DNA from: a virus
Taxonomy: Duplodnaviria > Heunggongvirae > Uroviricota > Caudoviricetes
Reading direction: 5' to 3' (one strand)
Virus record (IMG/VR): IMGVR_UViG_3300010049_000010
Span: 64,749-128,748 of that record
DNA length: 64,000 nt
Within the stretch, counting starts at the first letter, position 1, and every line of letters starts with the position of its first letter. The notes beneath the pieces are model-generated. The model saw only the letters and a program-made list of their open reading frames with translations. It ran no database searches and was not told where the DNA came from. The translations under genes and the position numbers were made by a program. Positions 9,261-18,479 of the stretch are shown piece after piece.

Positions 9261-11069
9261 ATGGATATTTTACTTCATGAAACGCAATTAAAGCATTTCG
9301 TAACATCTGGAATAACTAATAAGTCAATTCAAAAAGAAGGCACGGGGGATGTCGACCTTAAAAGAGCTCTCTTAAATTATCCCTCATCATTGCATCTCGT
9401 ATATGAAGTAGATTCATCAAAGGGTGGCGCTACTATTTTTACTGCAAACGGACAAGAATTAGCAGGCTTAAATAGGGGATATACGGTCCAACTTTACTTT
9501 GAAAATATAAAAAATATAATGCCAAATAATTTTACGTCTCTTCCATATAGCCAACAAGCTGCTATATTACAGAGAGTGTTTGATAAAGCTGATGTAAAAG
9601 TTCAATGCGATTGTGGAAGTTTTTACTGGCAAGGCATGTCTGAAAAAGACAGCGATAAGGGAAATACACGCCCACCATTTAGTGGGCATCCAGGAAAAGA
9701 TATTTGGGCAAGCAGGCATAATGCAAGCGGGAATGTCCAGGGACAACAATTGTGTAAGCACCTTTGGGCGGCTGTAGAACATATAGACGGGGATATCCCA
9801 AATATAGTAAAGAGCTTGTCTGGCACTAAGGCTACTACCTCAGCTGCAACTGCTACAACACAACCAACTGACGCATTAGAAGCTCCAGACCAACCAGCAG
9901 GATTGCCGGATGAAAGAGTAAAATCTAAAGGTGGAATTAAATCAGATAAGGCTGCGGATGCAGTTCAAGCTGATATTGATGAAGTTCAATCAAGATCAGA
10001 ACAGAATGATTTGCCAACTTTAGACACAACTGAAACAGAAGCTAAACCAGTTGAAGAAGAAACTGAAGCTCAAGAAGGACCTGAAGACGCAGAACCACCA
10101 ATTGAAGAACCAAACGTTAGCAAAAGTTTAGAACCTGAATTAGAAAAAGAAGAAGATGATTTGCTTGAAGAACCTCTAGACACTAAAAGTAAGCCTGTTG
10201 GACTTGTAGAGTCATTTGAAAATATATATTCAAATTCATTAAAAGAAATGATTGCGTTACCAATTCTTAGAACAGGTGGATATTATGATGATATAGAGTT
10301 AGAAGCTGATAATGATGATGCAGATGAAATAAGAGAAAAATTAAATAATATTATAATTCCAGCTAAAAAATGTTTATCATCAATAGGGGTTGATGATGAT
10401 TATTATGCGTCTGAATTGATTTCAATGTTAGGGAAATCAAAAAATGATAAATCATTTGTAATTATAGATACTGATATGAATCCTGTAGGTTTTTCAATAT
10501 TTAAAGTTCGAGGAAAAAAGAAAATAAAAGACATTTTAGTTATTAGTTTTTTAGATACTAATAATATGTCGATTGCAAAACATATTATTGAAAAAGTTGA
10601 AGAGTTTAGAAAAAAAGGTTTTGAACTTGTTTGGGACGTATTTTTAGATAATCCAATCAAACGAGCTTATGATAGATTTGTTGATAAATTAGGCGGGGAA
10701 AGCTGGGATGAATATTTGCATGAAGTTGATCGTCCAGTAAGACGATATAAATTAAGTCCATTAACAGAAAGACTACAAGAAATTTTAGAATATGTAGGCG
10801 ATTGTACAGATGATAATTATGCCGGCTATAGAGATGAAACTTGTATGGCACAAGACTTAGGTTATTATTCTACATTTAATGAAGATTCAGATGGTAAGGA
10901 AAAAGATAGTAATTTTTCTAAAATAAGTGAAAAAGAATTTATTAAAATGTGCCCGGACTTTAAAAAAGTAATCGGACAAAATGAATGGTTATTCCTCAAA
11001 AGATTTGATGACACAGTTTATTGTGCGTATAATTATGATGATGACATTCATTATTTTTGGGCCGACTAA
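9261..11069 (+). CDS. SWIM-type zinc-finger protein with an acidic E/P-rich linker
   Basis: A CxC…CxH arrangement (QCDCGSFYW … QLCKHLWAAVEH), followed by a long acidic low-complexity segment. Confidence 0.45.
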   Translation: MDILLHETQLKHFVTSGITNKSIQKEGTGDVDLKRALLNYPSSLHLVYEVDSSKGGATIFTANGQELAGLNRGYTVQLYFENIKNIMPNNFTSLPYSQQAAILQRVFDKADVKVQCDCGSFYWQGMSEKDSDKGNTRPPFSGHPGKDIWASRHNASGNVQGQQLCKHLWAAVEHIDGDIPNIVKSLSGTKATTSAATATTQPTDALEAPDQPAGLPDERVKSKGGIKSDKAADAVQADIDEVQSRSEQNDLPTLDTTETEAKPVEEETEAQEGPEDAEPPIEEPNVSKSLEPELEKEEDDLLEEPLDTKSKPVGLVESFENIYSNSLKEMIALPILRTGGYYDDIELEADNDDADEIREKLNNIIIPAKKCLSSIGVDDDYYASELISMLGKSKNDKSFVIIDTDMNPVGFSIFKVRGKKKIKDILVISFLDTNNMSIAKHIIEKVEEFRKKGFELVWDVFLDNPIKRAYDRFVDKLGGESWDEYLHEVDRPVRRYKLSPLTERLQEILEYVGDCTDDNYAGYRDETCMAQDLGYYSTFNEDSDGKEKDSNFSKISEKEFIKMCPDFKKVIGQNEWLFLKRFDDTVYCAYNYDDDIHYFWAD

Positions 11070-11250
11070 ATGGAAGCACTCGTATCCTTTTTTGAACCAT
11101 TTATGGTAATGGTTTGGTTCGCAGGAGTTTATGGAGTCTTCATTGGATTAGCTTGGTGCATTCATCACGCCTATTGGTATATAAGATTATTTTTTCATCA
11201 TTTATTTCAAAAAGACTAATTTAAACTCATTAAATAAGGAGATTACTATA

Positions 11251-12309
11251 TTGAAAAGAGTAAAATTATTAGCACAGGCATTCTGTATGCTTGTCGTCGC
11301 GTTTTTCATCATGAGTTGTGGTGGAAAAGAAAAACTATATCTATTCAACTGGTGCTACTATACGCCGGAATCAGTTATTGAATTATTTGAAAAAGAATTT
11401 AACGTTAAAGTAGTTATAGACGAATTTGCGTCTAACGAAGATATGTTTGCCAAATTACGCTCAGGCGGCGGCGGTTATGACATTATTTTCCCTTCAGCTG
11501 ATTATGTTTCTATTATGATTCAGCAAGACATGCTTGCTACAATTGATCCTGATAGAATCCCAAATGTTACTAGATACTTAAATCCTGAAATTAGCAAGTT
11601 TACCGGCAAATTTGATGAGGGAAATAGATACAGTATTCCATATTATTTCGGCGCTGTAGGCATTATGGTTAATACGCAACGAGTGCCTAACTTTGAAAGA
11701 AGTTGGAATATTTTTGAGCGAACAGATCTTGCCGGCAGAATGATTATGTTAGATGATATGAGAGAAGTTATGTCAGCCGGTATTCTCAGATGGAATGCGA
11801 GGCCTGATATAAATACAGCTGATCCTGATATAATTCACTTTACGAGAAATCTAATCAATCAATTCTGGAAGCCTAATTTACTTAAATGGGATTCAGAGGC
11901 TTATGGTAAAGCATTCGCTAATGGTGACGCTTGGGTAATTCATGGCTATCCTGAAAATGTGTTTGAAGAAATTGCTGGAACTCCGCTCGAAGAATATACA
12001 GTATTTTTTATGCCACAAGAAGGCGGGACTGTATTTTTAGACAGCATGGTTATTCTTAAAACTTCTAAGAGACAAGATTTGGCTCATCAATTCATAAATT
12101 TTATTTATAGACCTGATATTTATGCGTTATTTGCAGATGAGTTTAGATTTCCAACTGAGCAAATTCACACTGAAGCACACAATCATACTGAGTCAATTCC
12201 AATGTATTCTGCGGCGGACGTATTAGGCGGACATATAATTATTGATGTGGGAACTGCATTAGATTATTATAATGAAGCTTGGTATAATTCTATCAGAGTA
12301 GGCAATTAA
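11251..12309 (+). CDS. PotD/PotF-like periplasmic polyamine (spermidine/putrescine)-binding lipoprotein
   Basis: TTG start with an AAGGAG Shine-Dalgarno site and a lipobox (FIMSC). LYLFNWCYYTPESVIELFEKEFNVKVV and SGGGGYDIIFPSADY closely follow the PotD/PotF N-terminal signature. Confidence 0.65.
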   Translation: MKRVKLLAQAFCMLVVAFFIMSCGGKEKLYLFNWCYYTPESVIELFEKEFNVKVVIDEFASNEDMFAKLRSGGGGYDIIFPSADYVSIMIQQDMLATIDPDRIPNVTRYLNPEISKFTGKFDEGNRYSIPYYFGAVGIMVNTQRVPNFERSWNIFERTDLAGRMIMLDDMREVMSAGILRWNARPDINTADPDIIHFTRNLINQFWKPNLLKWDSEAYGKAFANGDAWVIHGYPENVFEEIAGTPLEEYTVFFMPQEGGTVFLDSMVILKTSKRQDLAHQFINFIYRPDIYALFADEFRFPTEQIHTEAHNHTESIPMYSAADVLGGHIIIDVGTALDYYNEAWYNSIRVGN

Positions 12310-12331
12310 GTTTTTGATCTCACTAAATAAT

Positions 12332-12967
12332 ATGCAAACATTTAGTGAGATACATAAACAACATCTTAAAGAATTATACATACCCATAGGTTGGAAAAAT
12401 CCTCAAATTATAAATAAAGACACTGGTGACGTTTTAGATATTAAAATAAATAAAAAATTAAATAATATTCCATCTAAGCCAAATTGGGATCATGCTAATC
12501 GTGGAGGTTTTACTGACGCATATCGTCTTGTAAAGGACGCGGCTATAGACACAACTTATGGGTTTGAGTCCTTTTTAATTTTAAGCAATGAAGAAGATGA
12601 TGAACCAATTGGAGTCATTTCATTTAAGACGAGTGATGAATTAAATGGCGCGATGAAGCTTATATTAGACGAAAATGTTGATTGGGAATATGACCCTATT
12701 GCTGATTGTATAGTTGAAGCATATTTAGTTGGATTTAAAGAAAATAATTTTACTTTAGTAAAAGACATGTTTAGACTATTAGATCAAATGATTGAAAAAT
12801 ATGAATATATTGGTTGGTCAGTGCATAATAACGCGCCTGTAAAAAAGATATATGATAAAGTTTACAAGTCTAAAAAATATGAGATGTTTACAAGCAATCC
12901 TAGTTGCGATAAATATTCAGGTGAAGCATATACACAATATGTAATATTAGGAGATGGAAATCTATAA
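12332..12967 (+). CDS. hypothetical protein
   Basis: The start was moved to the ATG abutted by cactaaataat (MQTFSEIHK…), because the track start at 12314 is a TTG inside that box. Confidence 0.45.
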   Translation: MQTFSEIHKQHLKELYIPIGWKNPQIINKDTGDVLDIKINKKLNNIPSKPNWDHANRGGFTDAYRLVKDAAIDTTYGFESFLILSNEEDDEPIGVISFKTSDELNGAMKLILDENVDWEYDPIADCIVEAYLVGFKENNFTLVKDMFRLLDQMIEKYEYIGWSVHNNAPVKKIYDKVYKSKKYEMFTSNPSCDKYSGEAYTQYVILGDGNL

Positions 12968-13683
12968 TGAAAAGTTTCTCAGAAATATTACAAGAACAAA
13001 AATATAATAATACGAATAGAATTTATTATCATGGATCTAGAGATCCAAATCTTGATCTAAAAAACTTTTTCAAAAGAGGAGAAAATAATGCTCAATGTTT
13101 TTATTTAACTCCTACATATGATTATGCAGTTCAGTATGCTCGAAACAAACAAGAGATGGCACTGGCTTATAGATCAGATGCAAGTGTCGCTTCTGGGGAT
13201 GATTCTGCTGTTTATCATTGTAAAATAATTAAACCTCTAAATATTTGTAATGCTAAATCTAAAACTGACTATGAATTTCTATTACATGAAATAGAAAAAT
13301 TATTGTTTTACATAAATGATAATGATAGAATTGAACGACCTGAGGGTTGGTTAAAAAGAGCATGCAAAAGAGCTGCAGATCAACTTGTTTTTAGATTTAA
13401 GGAAGAAGATTGGATTGAAGTTATTCATGATGAAAATAACAGAGAACATGAATTGTCTTTTCCAATGAGAGATAAAATAATTGACGCTATTAAAAAAGGT
13501 GGATATGATGGTTATTATAATTTTGAAACGGAAAAGGATGAGTGCGGTCCGTCAATTGGAATTTTTTCTGGAGACTTAACTTCAAAAATAAAAATATTAC
13601 GAAAACAAATAATTAGATATAAATTATACAGTGACCCAGACGAGGATCCTAGATACTTTCGCCAGTACGGAAATTGGCAATAA
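12967..13683 (+). CDS. hypothetical protein, weak member of the MxxFxxILxE N-terminal family
   Basis: N-terminus MKSFSEILQEQ resembles the MRTFKQILREA family. Confidence 0.5.
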   Translation: MKSFSEILQEQKYNNTNRIYYHGSRDPNLDLKNFFKRGENNAQCFYLTPTYDYAVQYARNKQEMALAYRSDASVASGDDSAVYHCKIIKPLNICNAKSKTDYEFLLHEIEKLLFYINDNDRIERPEGWLKRACKRAADQLVFRFKEEDWIEVIHDENNREHELSFPMRDKIIDAIKKGGYDGYYNFETEKDECGPSIGIFSGDLTSKIKILRKQIIRYKLYSDPDEDPRYFRQYGNWQ

Positions 13684-13686
13684 AAA

Positions 13687-13717
13687 AGCCCGCATTGCTG
13701 CGGGCTGGATATTTTTA
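13687..13717. terminator. bidirectional rho-independent terminator
   Basis: 8-bp stem agcccgca/tgcgggct with loop ttgc, flanked by an A-run on the 5' side and a T-run on the 3' side. It lies between convergent genes. Confidence 0.65.
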
Positions 13718-13729
13718 AATAATTTTAAG

Positions 13730-14128
13730 TTACACGATTTCTGGAAGGTCGGCGAGTTCGCCATTGCCATCAACTGGGTTCACTTCTTCGACAGTGAAAA
13801 GTTCCGGCTGGGCATTTTTCTTCGCTCTGCGAGCTGATACCTTGCCGTTAACCTTGATTGAAAGGGCCGCGGTAAACTTTGCCTTTGCAGCATCGCGTTC
13901 GGCACGTGCTTCTGTGATAAGGGCGAGCCTTTCATCGCGTTTTGCCTGGCGTTCTGCCTTGCGGGCTTCAACAGCGGCGACGTAAGCGAGCTTGTTTGCA
14001 TCCTTGAACGCATCCATCTGTGTTTTGAGCAGGGCGTTGATTTCCGCGCCGACCGCAGGATTCTTTGCCATTTCTGTAGCAAAAGCCGCAAACAATTTTT
14101 CTGTTCTGTCTCTAAGATCTTTTCTCAT
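13730..14128 (-). CDS. basic Ala/Lys/Arg-rich small protein on a GC-rich (about 50%) island; putative nucleic-acid-binding protein
   Basis: The ORF exactly spans a roughly 400-bp block whose GC content is close to twice that of the flanks. Charged helical sequence (KAERQAKRDERLALITEARAERDAAKAKF). Confidence 0.5.
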   Translation of the reverse strand: MRKDLRDRTEKLFAAFATEMAKNPAVGAEINALLKTQMDAFKDANKLAYVAAVEARKAERQAKRDERLALITEARAERDAAKAKFTAALSIKVNGKVSARRAKKNAQPELFTVEEVNPVDGNGELADLPEIV

Positions 14129-14215
14129 TTTTCATTCTCCTTGAATGGTTGTTTATATTAGGTTTCCCTGATAATAATATATAAGATTTTTAGAAAAGCC
14201 GTTCAAAAAAGAAGT

Positions 14216-14671
14216 TTATCTTCTAGCGTAAAGCTGCCGCCACATTATCGGAATTTTGTTTAGTTTTGCGTTATTGAAGCCTAATTTTGCATAATAAGTC
14301 TTAAGTTTTACAGTTCTGGCTTGAAGCGTACAAGACGTCTTGCCCTCAGATTCGGCTATAGAAATGAAGTCAGTTATTATCGTTTTTCCAATACCTTGGT
14401 TTTGATATTGTTTAATCACTTCTAAAACGGATAAATGTATTGAATTAGGAAAGTAATTATTTTCACACACACATATAAGCGCCAAAGTATTTCCGTTATC
14501 ATAAATTAAATCATTATTTTCTTTAAGACATTCATACCAAGCATATTTAACTTCATCGTAATATCCGTCGCCATGAGTTCTATTTGGACCAATATATTGA
14601 AATACGAGCGGGAAATCCGTTTCAGTGTATTTTAACTCAATATCATTAGGAGTCGTTCTTATGTACCGCAT
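14216..14671 (-). CDS. GNAT-family N-acetyltransferase
   Basis: Acetyl-CoA-binding motif QNQGIGKTII; size 151 aa. Confidence 0.6.
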   Translation of the reverse strand: MRYIRTTPNDIELKYTETDFPLVFQYIGPNRTHGDGYYDEVKYAWYECLKENNDLIYDNGNTLALICVCENNYFPNSIHLSVLEVIKQYQNQGIGKTIITDFISIAESEGKTSCTLQARTVKLKTYYAKLGFNNAKLNKIPIMWRQLYARR

Positions 14672-15089
14672 TAGCTCTTTTCACCTTTATTCTTTGTAAA
14701 ACGTCAATTACAGTTTGTGGGTTTATATTTTTATAAAATGGTTCTTTTTTAAGTAATTCATTTGCTTCATGAAATTTATATTGTTTTTTATTTTTATTTA
14801 ATATTTCATGTATTTGTTCTGGGTCAACTTGTTCTTTTTTATAAAGTTCAGCAGCTGCCTTCATTCTAAATAAGTGATTTTCATTTTTAGTTAAATCATG
14901 CATTTGTTTCTGATTATCTGCATATTTATAAGCCATATTAGATATGAGAAAATCTTCTGATAATTTAGGTCCTGAATAATTTTCACACATTTCTATTATT
15001 TCTTTTAAAGCGATACCATATTCTTTATATTGAGATTTTCCAAGATTTAGAAAGCAAACTTCCCTATGTCTCAACTCTTTTAAGTTCAT
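14646..15089 (-). CDS. hypothetical protein
   Basis: ORF only. Confidence 0.4.
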   Translation of the reverse strand: MNLKELRHREVCFLNLGKSQYKEYGIALKEIIEMCENYSGPKLSEDFLISNMAYKYADNQKQMHDLTKNENHLFRMKAAAELYKKEQVDPEQIHEILNKNKKQYKFHEANELLKKEPFYKNINPQTVIDVLQRIKVKRANAVHKNDS

Positions 15090-15110
15090 AATATTTAGTT
15101 ACTAACTAAT

Positions 15111-15674
15111 ATGAATACAGGAAGAACAAGAACTTCATCAGTGCAAAGCAGATTAGCAATGGTTAACGATAAAATGAGAAGAAAATGCATTGATAATCAA
15201 TTATATTGGATTAGCAATCCAGTAGACTGTGTGAGAATGAGAACTAGAAAAACATATGAAGGAGATGATGAAAGTTATATTGTCGAAATGTGTGATGTTG
15301 TATCAGCAGTATTCCCGCCATTAGAAGACGTTCCATATCGCAAAGTAATGGTTGATGAAAAAACAAGGGCTTGGTCACTTACAAGTTTAGTTTCTACATT
15401 CGAAGAAGACGCAAAAGAAAAATTTTATACGTTACAAATACCTTATGAATTTGATATAAATGTTGGTGATATGTTATTTCGTATTATGTTAGATGAGTCT
15501 CAAAAATATCCAATAATTATTCCAATTCAAATACAAGAAATGTTAGGCACATTTGGTGGGATGATGTTGATAATGAATAAGTTTGTCGCGACTATTCCCA
15601 CTGACAATTTTCCAGATGAAATTATTAGCACAATTCAACAGATGGCAGAAAGACGTCAAATCATTCGTTACTAG
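15111..15674 (+). CDS. hypothetical protein
   Basis: ORF only. Confidence 0.4.
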   Translation: MNTGRTRTSSVQSRLAMVNDKMRRKCIDNQLYWISNPVDCVRMRTRKTYEGDDESYIVEMCDVVSAVFPPLEDVPYRKVMVDEKTRAWSLTSLVSTFEEDAKEKFYTLQIPYEFDINVGDMLFRIMLDESQKYPIIIPIQIQEMLGTFGGMMLIMNKFVATIPTDNFPDEIISTIQQMAERRQIIRY

Positions 15675-16024
15675 TCATTATCAGGATCAGCAATCAATCT
15701 ATCTGACGGGCCTTCAATTATTGGATCAGTATATTCAGTATAATCACTACCAAAATATTCTGTCTGAAGATTTTCTAATTGATGATTGCCTAATTTAGTA
15801 ACGTAATCAGATAATTCCCAACAACCTTTTCTCCATAGAATAATTTCTTGAATTGCGTAAGCGCCTTTTAACTTTGATATATCAAAATTAGAATTACGAT
15901 ATAAATCTCTGTAATCTGTTTCATACCGAGATTTTCTGAGCGTTTTAATATCATCAAAATAAGATGATGTTACAATTTTTTTATTCCGTCTTGTTTTCGA
16001 AAGTATCAACTGTCCCTCCTGCAT
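15671..16024 (-). CDS. hypothetical protein
   Basis: ORF only. Confidence 0.4.
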   Translation of the reverse strand: MQEGQLILSKTRRNKKIVTSSYFDDIKTLRKSRYETDYRDLYRNSNFDISKLKGAYAIQEIILWRKGCWELSDYVTKLGNHQLENLQTEYFGSDYTEYTDPIIEGPSDRLIADPDND

Positions 16025-16367
16025 TTAAGTGATCAAATATATTCCCATCTAATGTTTTTACTAATTGCCCATTTTCATAAAGATATGATTTACAAATAAA
16101 ACCATCGGGTCCGCTTGAAGATTGCACTGTCCAATATGGTTTAGCCCTTTCTTCGTCATATCGACCATAACCTGATCTCGCATACCAAACTTCGGCGCCG
16201 CCATGTTTGTGGCCCATATCATAAACTTCTTTGATAAGCGCTCTTGCGCCTTCTTTTGCTGCAGTTGTTCTAGCGAATTCTTCTATAAGACTTACTATTT
16301 GTTCATATCGAGGAGTGTCCTCATTCATCATTTCTTCCCATGCTACTTTTGTCATTTTTATTCCCAT
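15981..16367 (-). CDS. hypothetical protein
   Basis: ORF only. Confidence 0.4.
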   Translation of the reverse strand: MGIKMTKVAWEEMMNEDTPRYEQIVSLIEEFARTTAAKEGARALIKEVYDMGHKHGGAEVWYARSGYGRYDEERAKPYWTVQSSSGPDGFICKSYLYENGQLVKTLDGNIFDHLNAGGTVDTFENKTE

Positions 16368-16606
16368 GCACTATTATTATATACTATAAGGTCATTTTCT
16401 TTTATATCGAACTTAAAACCTATATTTTTTTCTTTATCGGCTAAACCAATAGATCCGATATTTTCGATATCAACCCACTCCGGAACTAACAAAGTATGTA
16501 TTACTTTTCCCTTTTCTTTACCATATAAAACTATTCTAAGTACTTTATTAGTTTCATCATTTTCATCTAATTTTCTAGGTGCTAGTCCTAATTTACAATT
16601 ATTCAT
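16358..16606 (-). CDS. hypothetical small protein
   Basis: ORF only. Confidence 0.35.
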   Translation of the reverse strand: MNNCKLGLAPRKLDENDETNKVLRIVLYGKEKGKVIHTLLVPEWVDIENIGSIGLADKEKNIGFKFDIKENDLIVYNNSAWE

Positions 16607-16982
16607 TTTTTATCTCCTTCTGAACAATGTTTATTTGTACAACAAAGTTTACATACATATTTTTGTAAGGCGCTGCCCTTTAATATTTTATTTATTTTAA
16701 CGATACAAAAATATAAACTATGAATCATTTCTTTTTGTTAAACTCCGTACATTCTGTTACTATTACTTCAGTAGTTTCTTCTATATCATCTAATTTATTT
16801 TTCTTATCACAAGAATATTTGCATTTATTACAGATACTATTTTTCATTTTTCACTTCTATCCTTAAACTTACAATTTATATATTTACATTTATCTGTGCA
16901 TAATTGTTTAGCTATTTCAACTACATCATTATCATATTTATACTCAACTTTTCCAAATAATTCTTTTAATGTCTCATATTTT

Positions 16983-17891
16983 TTACAATTTGGCGTTAAA
17001 TTCATAAAATCCTCCAGGAATGTTCATAACAAATTCTAAATTAGTTCCGTTTTCAACATTCCATTTTTCTAATTCTTTTTTAAGCTTAAACTTATTTATA
17101 TTTATTTCTCTTCCGTCAGAATATGACTCGCCTTTAGTTAAATCTGATTCATTTAATTCTATTTCCATTCCAATTCCAAAATAAGGTTCGCGATGGATTT
17201 TAACTACTTCATTTAATAATGCGTACACTACATCTTTTTCTTTTTTGAGCACATACATATCAATTGAGTCATGAACATAATTAAACACTCTAGATCTAAA
17301 TCCCCATTTTTTGAGATGCATATTTATACAAGTAACGTCAGGCATTGCGTGAACGATTTCAGCAGTTTGAATAGATGTATTACTGGCTACATTTTTTAGA
17401 TTAGAAAACATTTTAGAATATAATTTTCTGTCAATGCCAATTAAATTACCTTGGGCATTTTTAGACATTAATCTTAATTCTGGTAAGTGTCGAACTGGAC
17501 CAACCCAAGTTCTAACGTAACCATGTTTCATCGCGAACTTCTGTTCTCTTTCTACTCGCTCTAATAATGATGGATAAGTTTTGAAAAATAATTCTCTTAG
17601 TTTATTTCCCAATATAACGTATTTTAATTCTTTTTCGCTTAATTTATTTGTGGGATTTAATTTAGCTTGATTATATGCTTGCCAAAGATTGAAACTATCA
17701 AAAGCAGTTTCACAATCATCTTCAGTGAAACCTGCAGCTTTCATTTGTCTGCCTAATGTCGGACCTTGACAAGCAAATAATGTTGCAAGACCTACAGTTT
17801 TACCATTAAATCTCATCTGTTTAAATGGACTAAATTTTTTCAATTTGAGAAAGTCTTCCATTGTCATATCACGTTTTGTTATCTTATACAT
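16983..17891 (-). CDS. family-A DNA polymerase, C-terminal fragment (fingers O-helix plus palm motif C)
   Basis: KQMRFNGKTVGLATLF matches motif B (RRxAKxxNFGxLYG), and YVHDSIDMYV matches motif C (VHDE). Confidence 0.75.
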   Translation of the reverse strand: MYKITKRDMTMEDFLKLKKFSPFKQMRFNGKTVGLATLFACQGPTLGRQMKAAGFTEDDCETAFDSFNLWQAYNQAKLNPTNKLSEKELKYVILGNKLRELFFKTYPSLLERVEREQKFAMKHGYVRTWVGPVRHLPELRLMSKNAQGNLIGIDRKLYSKMFSNLKNVASNTSIQTAEIVHAMPDVTCINMHLKKWGFRSRVFNYVHDSIDMYVLKKEKDVVYALLNEVVKIHREPYFGIGMEIELNESDLTKGESYSDGREININKFKLKKELEKWNVENGTNLEFVMNIPGGFYEFNAKL

Positions 17892-17907
17892 TTATAATAA
17901 ATTAACC

Positions 17908-18144
17908 TCAATCAAATAATTCACAAGAGTCAGTCACATAATTTTCATTTTTGAGCGTTGCGACTTCATGTTTTAAGTTTTCAATTTCTTCAATTAGATA
18001 TTTAAACATTGGAAAAATATCTTCATTACGAGTATAACCACTCGTTTTTGGACAGCCTTTTTCATATTTACAATTATGACAATCTGGAATCATCATTCCA
18101 CAATGCTGTTTATATTCTAAACAATATTCTAATGGTTGGCTCAT
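17908..18144 (-). CDS. small Cys-rich protein located between the two polymerase fragments
   Basis: CLEYKQHCGMMIPDCHNCKYEKGCP; it ends …CELFD-COOH, which resembles the LFDEEEL family tail. Confidence 0.4.
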   Translation of the reverse strand: MSQPLEYCLEYKQHCGMMIPDCHNCKYEKGCPKTSGYTRNEDIFPMFKYLIEEIENLKHEVATLKNENYVTDSCELFD

Positions 18145-18479
18145 GATAACTCACTTAATCCTTTGAAATAATCTATATTTTTTTGCATACATTCCATTAC
18201 GTATTCTAAATCTTTAATTTTTTCTTCATATTTTGATTTCATTGCCTGTAATTCAATATCCTCACAAGAAATAAAATTATAACAAGGTCCTTCATTGGGA
18301 TATGAATCAGGAGTCGCGACATTACAAAATGAAATAGATTTAATATCTCCCATTTCAAAACTTATATCACAATCATGTAGTTTAATAAATGGAGTATTTG
18401 CGTTTGCTGGATTTCCAAAAAAGATATTGTAATGTTTAAGCATAATCAATCCACTCATCTGTTTGTTGGAATTCCGCAC
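18141..18479 (-). CDS. small protein located between the two polymerase fragments
   Basis: ORF only; I see no HNH, GIY-YIG or LAGLIDADG motif. Confidence 0.4.
   Translation of the reverse strand: MRNSNKQMSGLIMLKHYNIFFGNPANANTPFIKLHDCDISFEMGDIKSISFCNVATPDSYPNEGPCYNFISCEDIELQAMKSKYEEKIKDLEYVMECMQKNIDYFKGLSELS

Noticed and set aside
12314-12331. TTG start (MISLNN…) for the gene at 12332 and ATG at 45819 (MGVKLNN…) for the gene at 45840
   Set aside because: Both extensions run through the conserved aactaaataat box that abuts the downstream ATG. The downstream ATG matches the pattern seen at 6988 and 47356.
13764-14091. Two extra ORFs (73 and 103 aa) overlapping the GC-rich gene
   Set aside because: They are alternative frames opened by the high GC content. 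The frame at 13730..14128 gives a coherent charged, helical protein and sits between a terminator and a promoter-like spacer.
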